The notes under the pieces are model-generated. The model had not been told where the DNA came from, did not search any database, and saw only the letters and a list, made by a program, of their open reading frames with translations. Below, one piece after another: positions 28,751 through 37,092 of a stretch of 58,613 bases of DNA. The stretch comes from a virus. The position numbers were made by a program, and so were the translations under genes. Each line of letters begins with the position of its first letter. The stretch's first letter is position 1. The stretch lies in IMG/VR virus record IMGVR_UViG_3300045988_115582, one strand, 5' to 3'.

Positions 28751-29533
28751 ATGAGTATAAAAGCATACAAAGGTTTTAACAAAGATATGACTTGCCGTGG
28801 TTTTCAGTATGAAGAGGGCAAGGAATACGAAACAGAGATGGCGAAGTGTTGTGAGAGTGGTTTTCACGCTTGCGAGTATCCGTTAGATTGTTTTTATTAT
28901 TATTCACCGAATAAGAGTGTTTATCACGAGGTGGAATTAGATGGGAATACAGATGATGATCGTGGTGATGATACAAAGATAGCATCGACAAAAATTAAAA
29001 TTGGTGCAAGTTTGAACATTGCCGGGATTGTTAAAGCGGCTATTGAATATACAAGCAAGAGAAGCAAAAAAGAAAATGGCTGTGATGGAGATTATGGTGC
29101 TTCATCAGCTACCGGAGATTGTGGTGCTTCATCAGCTACCGGAGATTATGGTGCTTCATCAGCTACCGGATATAAAGGTGCTTCATCAGCTACCGGATAT
29201 AAAGGTGCTTCATCAGCTACCGGAGATTATGGTGCTTCATCAGCTACCGGAAATTGTGGTGCTTCATCAGCTACCGGATATAAAGGTGCTTCGAGTGCAG
29301 AAGATAAAGAAAGCATAGCTGTTGCTTGGGGCTATCATGGAAAAGCAAAGGGTGTCATAGGCTCTTATCTTGTATTAGCTGACTGGGAGGGTGACGAAAA
29401 TGATTACTGGACGCAGGAATTATGGTCGCTTAAAGGTGCAAAGATGGTAAGAGTTGACGGCGAAAAAATCAAAGAAAACACATGGTACACCATGAAGAAC
29501 GGTGAAATTGTAGAGGTGAAAGAAGATGAATAA
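28751..29533 (+). CDS. Repeat protein: Cys-containing N-domain plus GASSATG-xx nonapeptide array
   Basis: 260 aa. N-terminus KAYKGFNKDMTCRGFQYEEGKEYE..CCESGFHACEYPLDCFYYY, then 7.5 copies of GASSATG(DY/DC/YK/NC). Confidence 0.7.
   Translation: MSIKAYKGFNKDMTCRGFQYEEGKEYETEMAKCCESGFHACEYPLDCFYYYSPNKSVYHEVELDGNTDDDRGDDTKIASTKIKIGASLNIAGIVKAAIEYTSKRSKKENGCDGDYGASSATGDCGASSATGDYGASSATGYKGASSATGYKGASSATGDYGASSATGNCGASSATGYKGASSAEDKESIAVAWGYHGKAKGVIGSYLVLADWEGDENDYWTQELWSLKGAKMVRVDGEKIKENTWYTMKNGEIVEVKEDE
29090..29299 (+). repeat. 27-bp in-frame tandem repeat array (about 7.5 copies) with an invariant 21-nt core
   Basis: ggtgcttcatcagctaccgga is identical in 7 copies. Only the 6-nt linker varies (gattat, gattgt, tataaa, aattgt). 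Confidence 0.9.
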
Positions 29534-29660
29534 AAATAAAATTATCACAGATATAAGTGAATTGTATGTTTTTGAGATAGAAAAGTTGATAAAAGCATTG
29601 GATTTTGAGTTAATTATCAACAACGGCAAAGAAATAGAATTTGTGAGAAAGGAGAAATAA
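29526..29660 (+). CDS. Small hypothetical protein (44 aa)
   Basis: The ATG overlaps the upstream stop (ATGAATAA). Below the track size cutoff. Confidence 0.4.
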   Translation: MNKNKIITDISELYVFEIEKLIKALDFELIINNGKEIEFVRKEK

Positions 29661-29663
29661 TAG

Positions 29664-30056
29664 ATGATAGACGCAAGTAGAAGTGTGGAGAAACCGACAG
29701 AAAATGTTCCAGTGCCGTTTGATGAATACAATAAACTTTCAAGCATATCGACGAAGGTTGATATTATAGTTGACTTGATGTGTCATGGAACACTGATAGC
29801 AGAAGATGTTTTGAGAATATTGAAAGTTGACACAACTTTTCCGAAAGGAATTGAAAGAGATATAGTAGTTTCGGTGTGCATTTATAACAATCTTTTAGAT
29901 TTAAAAGTGCGTGTAGATGTGCTGTTGGATATGTTAGAAAAGGAAGACTATGTATCAACAGACGAGATTTTAAGAACACTTGGCACAGAGTTGGCTATCG
30001 AAGAAGCAGACAGACAGGAGAAGGAGCTAAATGGAAGATTTAATAATAAGCAATAA
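29664..30056 (+). CDS. Hypothetical protein
   Basis: 130 aa. RBS AGGAG. Confidence 0.6.
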   Translation: MIDASRSVEKPTENVPVPFDEYNKLSSISTKVDIIVDLMCHGTLIAEDVLRILKVDTTFPKGIERDIVVSVCIYNNLLDLKVRVDVLLDMLEKEDYVSTDEILRTLGTELAIEEADRQEKELNGRFNNKQ

Positions 30057-30837
30057 GGACTATCGGGCAAGAGAGGGAGTAAGTAGCACAGACTTAAAGA
30101 AGATTGCAAAATCCCCAGCTCACTTTCGTTACTGGAAAGATAACCCACAGGAAGATACTCCAGCGTTGCTTTTCGGCAGAGCAGCACATAAATATGTATT
30201 AGAAAAAGAAAAGTTTAATGAAGAATTTGCCGTTGCACCCGAAGTGAACCGAAGAACCAAAGAAGGCAAGGCTCAGTGGCTTTTATTTCAAGACCAAAAT
30301 GAGGGCAAAGACATTATTTCCCTTGAAGATTTTGAAAAGATAAAAGCTATGAGGGAGGCGTTATACAACACACCTTTTGTTCCTCAGTTGTTAAAAGGCA
30401 AAAAAGAGCTGTCTTATTTTACAACAGCCAATGAAACAGGATTGACGATAAAGTGTCGCCCTGATTGTCAGACACAAATCGGAGATACACATATTCTGAT
30501 TGATTATAAGTCTTGTGCAGATGCCAGCGGTGATAAATTCATGCGTGACGCAATCAACTTAATGTATGATTTGCAAATGGCATTTTACAAAGACATCATG
30601 GATAAAGTAACAGGCTATGAACACTCTGTAATCTTCATAGCACAGGAAAAAACACCGCCGTATGTAGTAAACATTCTTGAAGCAAATGAGTATTTTCTAA
30701 GAAGTGGTAGGGATATGTATAGAACCTATCTCAATGTCTACAAAGAGTGTTTAGAAAGCGGCAACTGGTATGGTTACACAAATGGCGAGGTAAACACGCT
30801 TGGTTTGCCAAACTGGTTACAGAAACAATATGAATAG
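30031..30837 (+). CDS. PD-(D/E)XK recombination exonuclease (RecE/exonuclease VIII-like)
   Basis: AHFRYW...LLFGRAAHKYVLE...CRPDCQT...ILIDYKSC (D..IDYK nuclease motif). Sits upstream of recT. Confidence 0.7.
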   Translation: MEDLIISNKDYRAREGVSSTDLKKIAKSPAHFRYWKDNPQEDTPALLFGRAAHKYVLEKEKFNEEFAVAPEVNRRTKEGKAQWLLFQDQNEGKDIISLEDFEKIKAMREALYNTPFVPQLLKGKKELSYFTTANETGLTIKCRPDCQTQIGDTHILIDYKSCADASGDKFMRDAINLMYDLQMAFYKDIMDKVTGYEHSVIFIAQEKTPPYVVNILEANEYFLRSGRDMYRTYLNVYKECLESGNWYGYTNGEVNTLGLPNWLQKQYE

Positions 30838-30853
30838 AAAAGGAGAATAGAAC

Positions 30854-31546
30854 ATGAATGAAATTGTAGAAAAAGAAGAAAAGTCAGAACTTGCAGAAGT
30901 AGTAGATGAAAAGGTGAGTTTGCTGCCTAACAATCCATTTGAGAGCAAACAGGCTTTGAACGATTACTTCACAATGGCAAATGTACTGAGTAAGTCAACT
31001 ATGGTACCACAGACATACCAGGGCAACCCTAGCAACTGCCTTATTGCATTAGAACAGGCGGCGAGAATGAAATGTAGTCCGTTAATGGTTATGCAGCAGT
31101 TGTATGTTGTTAAAGGAAAGCCGTCATGGAGCGGACAGGCGTGTTCAATGATTGTAAATGGCTGTGGATTATTTGAGAGCGTAAAACTTAATTATGTAGG
31201 CGAAAAAGGTAAGGAAACTTATGGTGCTTATGTATCTGCTATAAGAAAAGAAGATAAAGCAGAGGTTATCGGCACAACAATAACAATGGCAATGGCAAAG
31301 GCAGAGGGTTGGCTGTCAAATCCAAAATGGAAGTCAATGCCCGAACAGATGTTAGGCTATCGTGCATATGCTTTTTTTGCAAGACTGCATTGCCCTAACG
31401 CTTTGAGTGGTTTTTCTACAGAGGGTGAGTTTGAGGACATCGAAGCAAATAGAAACAAAAGTACAGCGGCACAGAAAATGACTGCTTTACTTGAAGAAGC
31501 TGAGAAAGAAGAAAAAGAGAAAGCACAGAAAGAGGAAAAGAAATAA
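30854..31546 (+). CDS. recT: RecT-family single-strand annealing protein
   Basis: STMVPQTYQGNPSNCLIALEQAARM...LYVVKGKPSWSGQ...WKSMPEQMLGYRAYAFFARL. Confidence 0.7.
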   Translation: MNEIVEKEEKSELAEVVDEKVSLLPNNPFESKQALNDYFTMANVLSKSTMVPQTYQGNPSNCLIALEQAARMKCSPLMVMQQLYVVKGKPSWSGQACSMIVNGCGLFESVKLNYVGEKGKETYGAYVSAIRKEDKAEVIGTTITMAMAKAEGWLSNPKWKSMPEQMLGYRAYAFFARLHCPNALSGFSTEGEFEDIEANRNKSTAAQKMTALLEEAEKEEKEKAQKEEKK

Positions 31547-31959
31547 TGACATACAAAGTGATGATTGATAAGAAAAACAATACATTTCCTTTAAAAGGTT
31601 TAAATGAATTGTTGGGTGCGAGATTGTACAATCCACGCACGAAAAGATATACAAATTCTGTCAAGACTTCAAATGACAGAACTTGCTTAAAAGCCATAAA
31701 AAAGTGCTTACCATCGGTACATATTGATAAGCCTGTTAGATGTACTTATCACATCTATACAGCAGACAAAAGGCACGACAGAAGCAATCTGTACAGTGCG
31801 ATTGAAAAGTCATTTTTAGACGCTTTACAGATAGCGAAAGTCATCAAAAATGATGGTTGGGATGATGTTGACGACAGCATCTTTCACACAGAGGTTGACA
31901 AAGAAAACCCGAGAGTTGTAGTGGAGATTGAGGTTTTAGAAAAGGAGATTTTGAAATGA
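31546..31959 (+). CDS. rusA: RusA-like Holliday junction resolvase
   Basis: 137 aa. DRSNLYSAIEKSFLDALQIAKVIKNDGWDDVD pattern. Follows the exonuclease/RecT pair. Confidence 0.55.
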   Translation: MTYKVMIDKKNNTFPLKGLNELLGARLYNPRTKRYTNSVKTSNDRTCLKAIKKCLPSVHIDKPVRCTYHIYTADKRHDRSNLYSAIEKSFLDALQIAKVIKNDGWDDVDDSIFHTEVDKENPRVVVEIEVLEKEILK

Positions 31960-32192
31960 CAGTATATGAATTGATACAGGAATTGAGTCAGTATAATGCA
32001 GATACGGAAGTCGAGTTTCATTGCAAAGCTGTATATGACACCGATGTTGAAGCAGAATTTGACAGAGAGGACGAAAACGACATACAGGAAGTGACAGTTA
32101 GTGCAGAGTTTGATGAGGATGTAGACTACGATGGCATTAAATACAACACGAGAACAAGGACACCATTTATTGTCATCGACTTAGAATATTAA
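31956..32192 (+). CDS. Very acidic small protein
   Basis: 78 aa rich in D/E (EAEFDREDENDIQEVTVSAEFDEDVDYD). Confidence 0.6.
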   Translation: MTVYELIQELSQYNADTEVEFHCKAVYDTDVEAEFDREDENDIQEVTVSAEFDEDVDYDGIKYNTRTRTPFIVIDLEY

Positions 32193-32203
32193 GGAGGAAG
32201 AAT

Positions 32204-32554
32204 ATGAGAGTTATATCACAGAATGGAAAATCTGATTTACCTTATGAAAATCTAGCAATTTTTGTTGAATACGAAAATGTTATTGCTAGATTTGAAAATG
32301 AGAGACATTTGTTGGCTCAGTATTCAAGTGAAGCAAAGGCAATTAAAGCTATGGAAATGCTTAGAGAAACATATGCTGGTATGCCTATTATGATGCAGAA
32401 TGTTGAACTTACAGAAGAAGAGATAAAAGTATTTGAAAAAATAAAGAAATGCGGCATTATGGTGCGGCTGGTAGATGAACCGTCAAAAGTCGAGTGCTTT
32501 AACAATATTATCTTTCAGTTTCCACAGGATGATGAAATCGAGGTGAGCGAATGA
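32204..32554 (+). CDS. Hypothetical protein
   Basis: 116 aa. RBS GGAGG. Confidence 0.6.
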   Translation: MRVISQNGKSDLPYENLAIFVEYENVIARFENERHLLAQYSSEAKAIKAMEMLRETYAGMPIMMQNVELTEEEIKVFEKIKKCGIMVRLVDEPSKVECFNNIIFQFPQDDEIEVSE

Positions 32555-32748
32555 CACTTAGAGAGCGAGTGATTGTAGAAGCCTATACAGGATATTGTAT
32601 GACAACAGGTGAGGATAGGGACGAGTTTTGTAAGTATATAGCAAAAATTATGGGTAGACCGATTTTTACTCACGAGTTAGCAGACGAGAATATACAAAAT
32701 GAAATACATGATAAATCTAAAGTAGATTTTATTAAACTTTGTAAATGA
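32551..32748 (+). CDS. Hypothetical protein
   Basis: 65 aa. Start overlaps the upstream stop. Confidence 0.55.
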   Translation: MTLRERVIVEAYTGYCMTTGEDRDEFCKYIAKIMGRPIFTHELADENIQNEIHDKSKVDFIKLCK

Positions 32749-32777
32749 TAGTGAATAGTGGAATAGCGAGGTGCAAT

Positions 32778-33035
32778 ATGAAACAAAATCCAGCAAACGC
32801 AATTAAAACTACCATGTGGAAATTTCTCATGGATAAAGGGCAGAAAGAAAATATACCAACTTTAAAAAAGTATGTTTTTGACCTTATCAAAATGACAACG
32901 CAGAAGACTGCCGGTCAGAGAAAAGAAACAAAGAATGATATAAGTTGGGATGAACTTGATATGACGCTTATGTCAATAGTGATAGAAGCTACTGCATTAG
33001 TGTTGTCAGGAAGATTAGACGAGTTAAAAGACTAA
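32778..33035 (+). CDS. Hypothetical protein
   Basis: The start is moved to the ATG after GAGGTG. Confidence 0.55.
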   Translation: MKQNPANAIKTTMWKFLMDKGQKENIPTLKKYVFDLIKMTTQKTAGQRKETKNDISWDELDMTLMSIVIEATALVLSGRLDELKD

Positions 33036-33050
33036 GGAGTTGAAATACAA

Positions 33051-33617
33051 ATGAGTGCAAGGAGAGCCGCTATAAGGCGTGAGAGATTGCAGAGGAACAA
33101 GATTGAAAAGAAAAAAGGTAAACTCGGTAGCTTAGAAAGAGCAAAAGAACAAGGTATTATTGATGGCAGAGCATTGGCTGTAAGTGTGTGTCTTGAAGTG
33201 TTGCATAGCAAGTACAAACTTAGCAATAACAAGGCACAACAGTTATTAAACGCTATCGGTAAAGAAAGTGCGAGATTTGACAATCCAGGAGTGCGATTTG
33301 TTCTTGAATATTACGCTGAGAAGATTGCTAAAAAGATAAATGCAATCAAGGAATATCAAGAGATAAAAGATGTTGAAACACAAATTTACTGTATATCAAG
33401 GGATGATTTGTATGTTACATCAGTAGCAATCATTTTAACAGAGTTAAACGAATTGTTTAATTTTAGCAGCAACGGCAAAAACACAGGTCGGCTTGATTAC
33501 ATCATGGAATATTGCACTAATCGTTATTTGGAAGTGCAGTTGGATTGTGAACACAATACAGCACAGTATTATTTTGAACGGATGCTTAGAAAGACAGGCT
33601 ATCAGTTGAACTGGTAG
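33051..33617 (+). CDS. Hypothetical protein
   Basis: 188 aa with a basic N-terminus. RBS AGGAG. Confidence 0.6.
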   Translation: MSARRAAIRRERLQRNKIEKKKGKLGSLERAKEQGIIDGRALAVSVCLEVLHSKYKLSNNKAQQLLNAIGKESARFDNPGVRFVLEYYAEKIAKKINAIKEYQEIKDVETQIYCISRDDLYVTSVAIILTELNELFNFSSNGKNTGRLDYIMEYCTNRYLEVQLDCEHNTAQYYFERMLRKTGYQLNW

Positions 33618-33798
33618 AGGTGATTATATGATTGAAGCAAAAGAACAGGCAAAAAGAAAGGAATAACGAATACCTGGTAAACCAGGTTGATGCTGAGGGT
33701 GTTTAACAGCTTGCATAAAAATGTTCATTAGTAGCGTGTAAAAAGCAAGGGAAGCCATTGAACATTTATCCATGTTACTGTATTTGTAGCGTGGTGTT

Positions 33799-34545
33799 AT
33801 GACTAAAAAGCTAAATGTATGTTGGATAAGTGCAGGAATATCAAGTTTTATGGCTGGATATTTAGCAGGGAATGTAGATGAATGGATTTACATTGATATA
33901 TCAGACCAACATAGTGACAGCATTAGATTTATTAAAGATTGCGAGAAAGCAATCGGAAAAGAAATACAGGTTTTGAGCAGTAAGGAATATAGGAGCGTTG
34001 AAGATTGTGTAAGAGTATTCGGCGGCTTTAGAAATCCGTCAAATGGCTTTGCGCCTTGCACAAATTGGTTAAAAAAGAGAGTCCGTAAAGAATGGGAAGA
34101 ACAGCACAAAGATTGCGATTTGACTTATGTGTGGGGATTTGATTTGAAAGAGAAAAATCGAGCAGAGAGAACAATCGAAGCAAACCCACAGGCACAACAT
34201 GAATTTCCGCTTATTGATAAGCAATTATCAAAAGAAGAGGTACACGGATTGTTTGAACGGACTTTTGATTTTAACCGACCAAAAATGTATGAGTTGGGTT
34301 ATCCGAATAATAACTGTATCGGATGCGTAAAAGGTGGCATGGGTTACTGGAATAACATCCGAAAGGATTTCCCTAATGTATTTGAAAGCAGAGCCAAATT
34401 GGAAAGAGAAGTCGGCTATTCAATACTGAAAGACAGTGACGGCAAACCTATATTTCTTGATGAATTAGACCCGACACGAGGAAATATGAACACAGAGATT
34501 TTCCCCGACTGCGGAATAATGTGTTATTTGAGTTTAGAAAGGTGA
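33799..34545 (+). CDS. PP-loop ATP pyrophosphatase superfamily protein (PAPS reductase-like)
   Basis: N-terminal VCWISAGISSFMAGY (SGGxDS-like PP-loop) and C-terminal NNNCIGCVKGGMGYW. Confidence 0.55.
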   Translation: MTKKLNVCWISAGISSFMAGYLAGNVDEWIYIDISDQHSDSIRFIKDCEKAIGKEIQVLSSKEYRSVEDCVRVFGGFRNPSNGFAPCTNWLKKRVRKEWEEQHKDCDLTYVWGFDLKEKNRAERTIEANPQAQHEFPLIDKQLSKEEVHGLFERTFDFNRPKMYELGYPNNNCIGCVKGGMGYWNNIRKDFPNVFESRAKLEREVGYSILKDSDGKPIFLDELDPTRGNMNTEIFPDCGIMCYLSLER

Positions 34546-34554
34546 GGTAAAAGA

Positions 34555-34710
34555 ATGATTTATAAGATTGTAACAAAAAGAACTACTTATGTAAATGCGG
34601 AATTTTATGAAGAAGCTATGGAGAAATATGAAGAGGATGATTATTTGACACAGGATGAAGAAACGCAGAGCGTTACTGAATCGAATATCGAAGAAGCCTT
34701 TTCTATATAA
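34555..34710 (+). CDS. Small acidic protein (51 aa)
   Basis: ATG after GGTGAGG. Below the track cutoff. Confidence 0.45.
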   Translation: MIYKIVTKRTTYVNAEFYEEAMEKYEEDDYLTQDEETQSVTESNIEEAFSI

Positions 34711-34732
34711 AATTTTGTGAGGTGAGAACATT

Positions 34733-34879
34733 ATGAAAAAGTATGTATATGTAGCTTATTCAAAAGATAAGTATAAACTGCCGATTTTTGTTGCTGACAG
34801 TCCTAGAGAACTGTCGGCAGTAGTCGGAGTAGACACGAATACAATTTCTTCCGTAATATCTCATGCGAAAGCTAAATAA
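34733..34879 (+). CDS. Small protein (48 aa)
   Basis: ATG after GAGGTGAG. Below the track cutoff. Confidence 0.45.
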   Translation: MKKYVYVAYSKDKYKLPIFVADSPRELSAVVGVDTNTISSVISHAKAK

Positions 34880-34934
34880 AAAGATTGGCGTTTTGCAAAA
34901 GTGGATATTAGTGAAGTGTGAAAGGAGCTTGAAC

Positions 34935-35141
34935 ATGATAAAACAGATGTGTATAGAAAGAGGTTACGCTAATGTTTATGATCGCGAGAGTTTGGATAAA
35001 TTTGTCAAGAAAGTTACGAAAAAGGCAAATAAGATAAAAGGAGAAATCCTTAATATTGAATATGTGAGGAATGAAAATAAAGATTGTAGCGGCACCATTG
35101 ATACAGCAATAATAGTTTATAAAATAAAAGAAAGGGAGTAA
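34935..35141 (+). CDS. Hypothetical protein
   Basis: The start is moved to the ATG after AAAGGAG. Confidence 0.55.
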   Translation: MIKQMCIERGYANVYDRESLDKFVKKVTKKANKIKGEILNIEYVRNENKDCSGTIDTAIIVYKIKERE

Positions 35142-35329
35142 TGCAAATGACGGTAGACGAGTTTAAGCTACTTGCAGTAGATACTAAGATTTCGGTGCGT
35201 GACATACACAGCGGAAAGTATCTCAAAGACAAGAAAGAATATGGTAGCAGAAAGATACAGGAAGTGTACGCAAGAGCACATAAGTATCAGGACGGCTACG
35301 AAGGAAACATAGTTTTGATGGTGAGGTGA
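35141..35329 (+). CDS. Hypothetical protein
   Basis: 62 aa. Start overlaps the upstream stop. Confidence 0.5.
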   Translation: MQMTVDEFKLLAVDTKISVRDIHSGKYLKDKKEYGSRKIQEVYARAHKYQDGYEGNIVLMVR

Positions 35330-35334
35330 TTTCG

Positions 35335-35724
35335 ATGGAAGATAGATATTTATCCAAGGCAAAGAGAATTGATAATGGAGAGTGGGTGCAAGGTTATTTA
35401 TTCGGCATTTGGGAAGAGAGATATATCCTTTGGGGAATGACAAATGATATTCCTGATATGATTGAAGTAGACCCATCCACAATCTGCCAGTGTACAGGTT
35501 TAAGAGACAAGAACGGCAAGTTGATTTGTGAGAATGACATTGTTAAAGGACATAGAATTAGTTTTGGCAGTCATAGGCATATCGGTAAAGTCAAATATAT
35601 AAATGGTCGCTATGAAATTATAGGTGTTAAACAGTATGCTGGATTTTCTGATGCTTTAAGATTATCATATGAGGTTCTTGGAAATATATTTGACAACCCT
35701 GAGTTATTAGAAAGTGAGGAATAA
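35335..35724 (+). CDS. YopX-family protein
   Basis: GEWVQGYLF...CQCTGLRDKNGKLICENDIV...GNIFDNPELLE. Confidence 0.7.
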   Translation: MEDRYLSKAKRIDNGEWVQGYLFGIWEERYILWGMTNDIPDMIEVDPSTICQCTGLRDKNGKLICENDIVKGHRISFGSHRHIGKVKYINGRYEIIGVKQYAGFSDALRLSYEVLGNIFDNPELLESEE

Positions 35725-35725
35725 T

Positions 35726-35992
35726 ATGACAGAGAGCGAAGCAATAATGATTATAGAAAATGAACGCCCAAGTTGCGGAGAGAAAATTAAATTTACGGAA
35801 GAAGAAAAATACGAAGCATATAGCATGGCAATACAGGCACTTGAAAAACAGATGCCGAAGAAACCAGATTTTACAGAAGATAAAGAATTTGTTTTATGTC
35901 CTTGTTGCAATGGTAAGGGTTTACTTAACAAGCAGAAATATTGTGATAATTGCGGTCAGAAGTTGGATTGGTCAGAAGAAAGTGAGGGATAA
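35726..35992 (+). CDS. Zinc-ribbon protein
   Basis: CPCCNGKG...YCDNCGQKL. ATG after GTGAGGA. Confidence 0.6.
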   Translation: MTESEAIMIIENERPSCGEKIKFTEEEKYEAYSMAIQALEKQMPKKPDFTEDKEFVLCPCCNGKGLLNKQKYCDNCGQKLDWSEESEG

Positions 35993-35993
35993 T

Positions 35994-36458
35994 ATGGCAA
36001 AGATATTTAGATTTAGTGGCTATTTAGTTGAAAATAGCAATATAGAGGATTTGGAAAATGTCAAATACAGACTAGGACTTATTAAAAGTGAATATGACGA
36101 TGTTATACAGCAGTTACACATCGAAGAAAGTGAGAGGTTTGAAGCTAAAGAAGAACTGGAAGAAAATTGTGACCTTGCGTTACTCACAAGGCATTTTAAG
36201 AAAGATGTTGATTACAATTTTGACCGACCTATTCCACAGAAAGGCGAGAAATACAAACATTTCAAGTTAGGCAAGATTGTTACCGTTATCGGCATTTCAC
36301 GGCATACAGAAACAGAGGAAATGTCGGTTGTGTATGAATATGAGGGACATATTTGGAACAGACCTCTTGAAATGTTTATGAGCGAAGTTGACAAACAGAA
36401 ATACCCTGATGCGAAGCAGAGATATAGATTTGAAAGGCTTACTGATGTTTTGGTGTGA
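35994..36458 (+). CDS. DUF1653-like domain protein
   Basis: KYKHFKLGKIVTVIGISRHTETEEMSVVYEYEGHIWNRPLEMF. The start is the ATG after GTGAGGG, and the longer track ORF is rejected. Confidence 0.65.
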   Translation: MAKIFRFSGYLVENSNIEDLENVKYRLGLIKSEYDDVIQQLHIEESERFEAKEELEENCDLALLTRHFKKDVDYNFDRPIPQKGEKYKHFKLGKIVTVIGISRHTETEEMSVVYEYEGHIWNRPLEMFMSEVDKQKYPDAKQRYRFERLTDVLV

Positions 36459-36687
36459 GAAAGAAAATAGGTGGTGTTCGATTTGGAGTTGTGACAGAAA
36501 GGAATGTGAATTTGTGGTAAGAGCAAGTGACAAAGAAAGATTTTATCAATGTTTAACTTGTCTACACATTGAAAACTGCAATTTAGATGAAAAGTCAGAA
36601 GATGAAAGAGGGTTGTGCAAAGAATATAGAATTGACAAGGACTATATAAAGCGTTTAAAAAAACAGATAGTTTCAAAAATGAGGTGA
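36445..36687 (+). CDS. Cys-rich hypothetical protein
   Basis: The start is uncertain (36388, 36409 or 36445). Confidence 0.45.
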   Translation: MFWCEKENRWCSIWSCDRKECEFVVRASDKERFYQCLTCLHIENCNLDEKSEDERGLCKEYRIDKDYIKRLKKQIVSKMR

Positions 36688-36691
36688 TAAT

Positions 36692-36895
36692 ATGATAATG
36701 GAATTGATTGAAAAGAAAAACAAGCCTTTAAAGACAAAGTTTCAATTTACAAAAAAAGAATATGAGAAACTTGATATATTTACTCAGTCGATATTTTCAA
36801 ATTCAGCAGAAACAGTAGGTGAAACAGCAAGAAATATTTATTTTATTGTAGCTGGAGATTGGCTTAATATGAGAAAAAGTGAGGTGGTTAAGTGA
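36692..36895 (+). CDS. Hypothetical protein
   Basis: 67 aa. Confidence 0.55.
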   Translation: MIMELIEKKNKPLKTKFQFTKKEYEKLDIFTQSIFSNSAETVGETARNIYFIVAGDWLNMRKSEVVK

Positions 36896-37092
36896 TACCA
36901 GAATGTATAAACTGTAAAAATCTCTTTACTTGCACAATAAAGGATAAACCAAGAGGTGAAGCGTGTGTGATGTTTGAGGAAAGAGACAAGGATAAATCAG
37001 AAGCTAGGAAAAGATTTGAAGAAGAAATGCAAGGCTTTTCTGAGTTGACTATAGAAGCATTGAAAGAGACGGTGAGTAAAAATGAGCAGTAA
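36892..37092 (+). CDS. Small Cys-containing protein
   Basis: GTG start after GAGGTGG. CINCKNLFTC...EACVMF. Confidence 0.5.
   Translation: MIPECINCKNLFTCTIKDKPRGEACVMFEERDKDKSEARKRFEEEMQGFSELTIEALKETVSKNEQ

Noticed and set aside
29019-29318. Alternative-frame ORF with LHQLPEI repeats
   Set aside because: It is the +1 reading of the 27-bp tandem repeat inside the 28751-29533 gene. The repeat periodicity keeps all frames open.
33618-33798. A known riboswitch (preQ1 or SAM type) in the leader of the PP-loop gene
   Set aside because: I could not find the conserved core sequences of these classes by eye. Only generic hairpins are present. An Rfam scan is needed before making any such claim.
35760-35993. 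N-terminal 78 codons of track ORF 35760-36458
   Set aside because: This part overlaps the RBS-supported zinc-ribbon gene (35726-35992) in another frame. A strong RBS and ATG at 35994 start the DUF1653-like protein.
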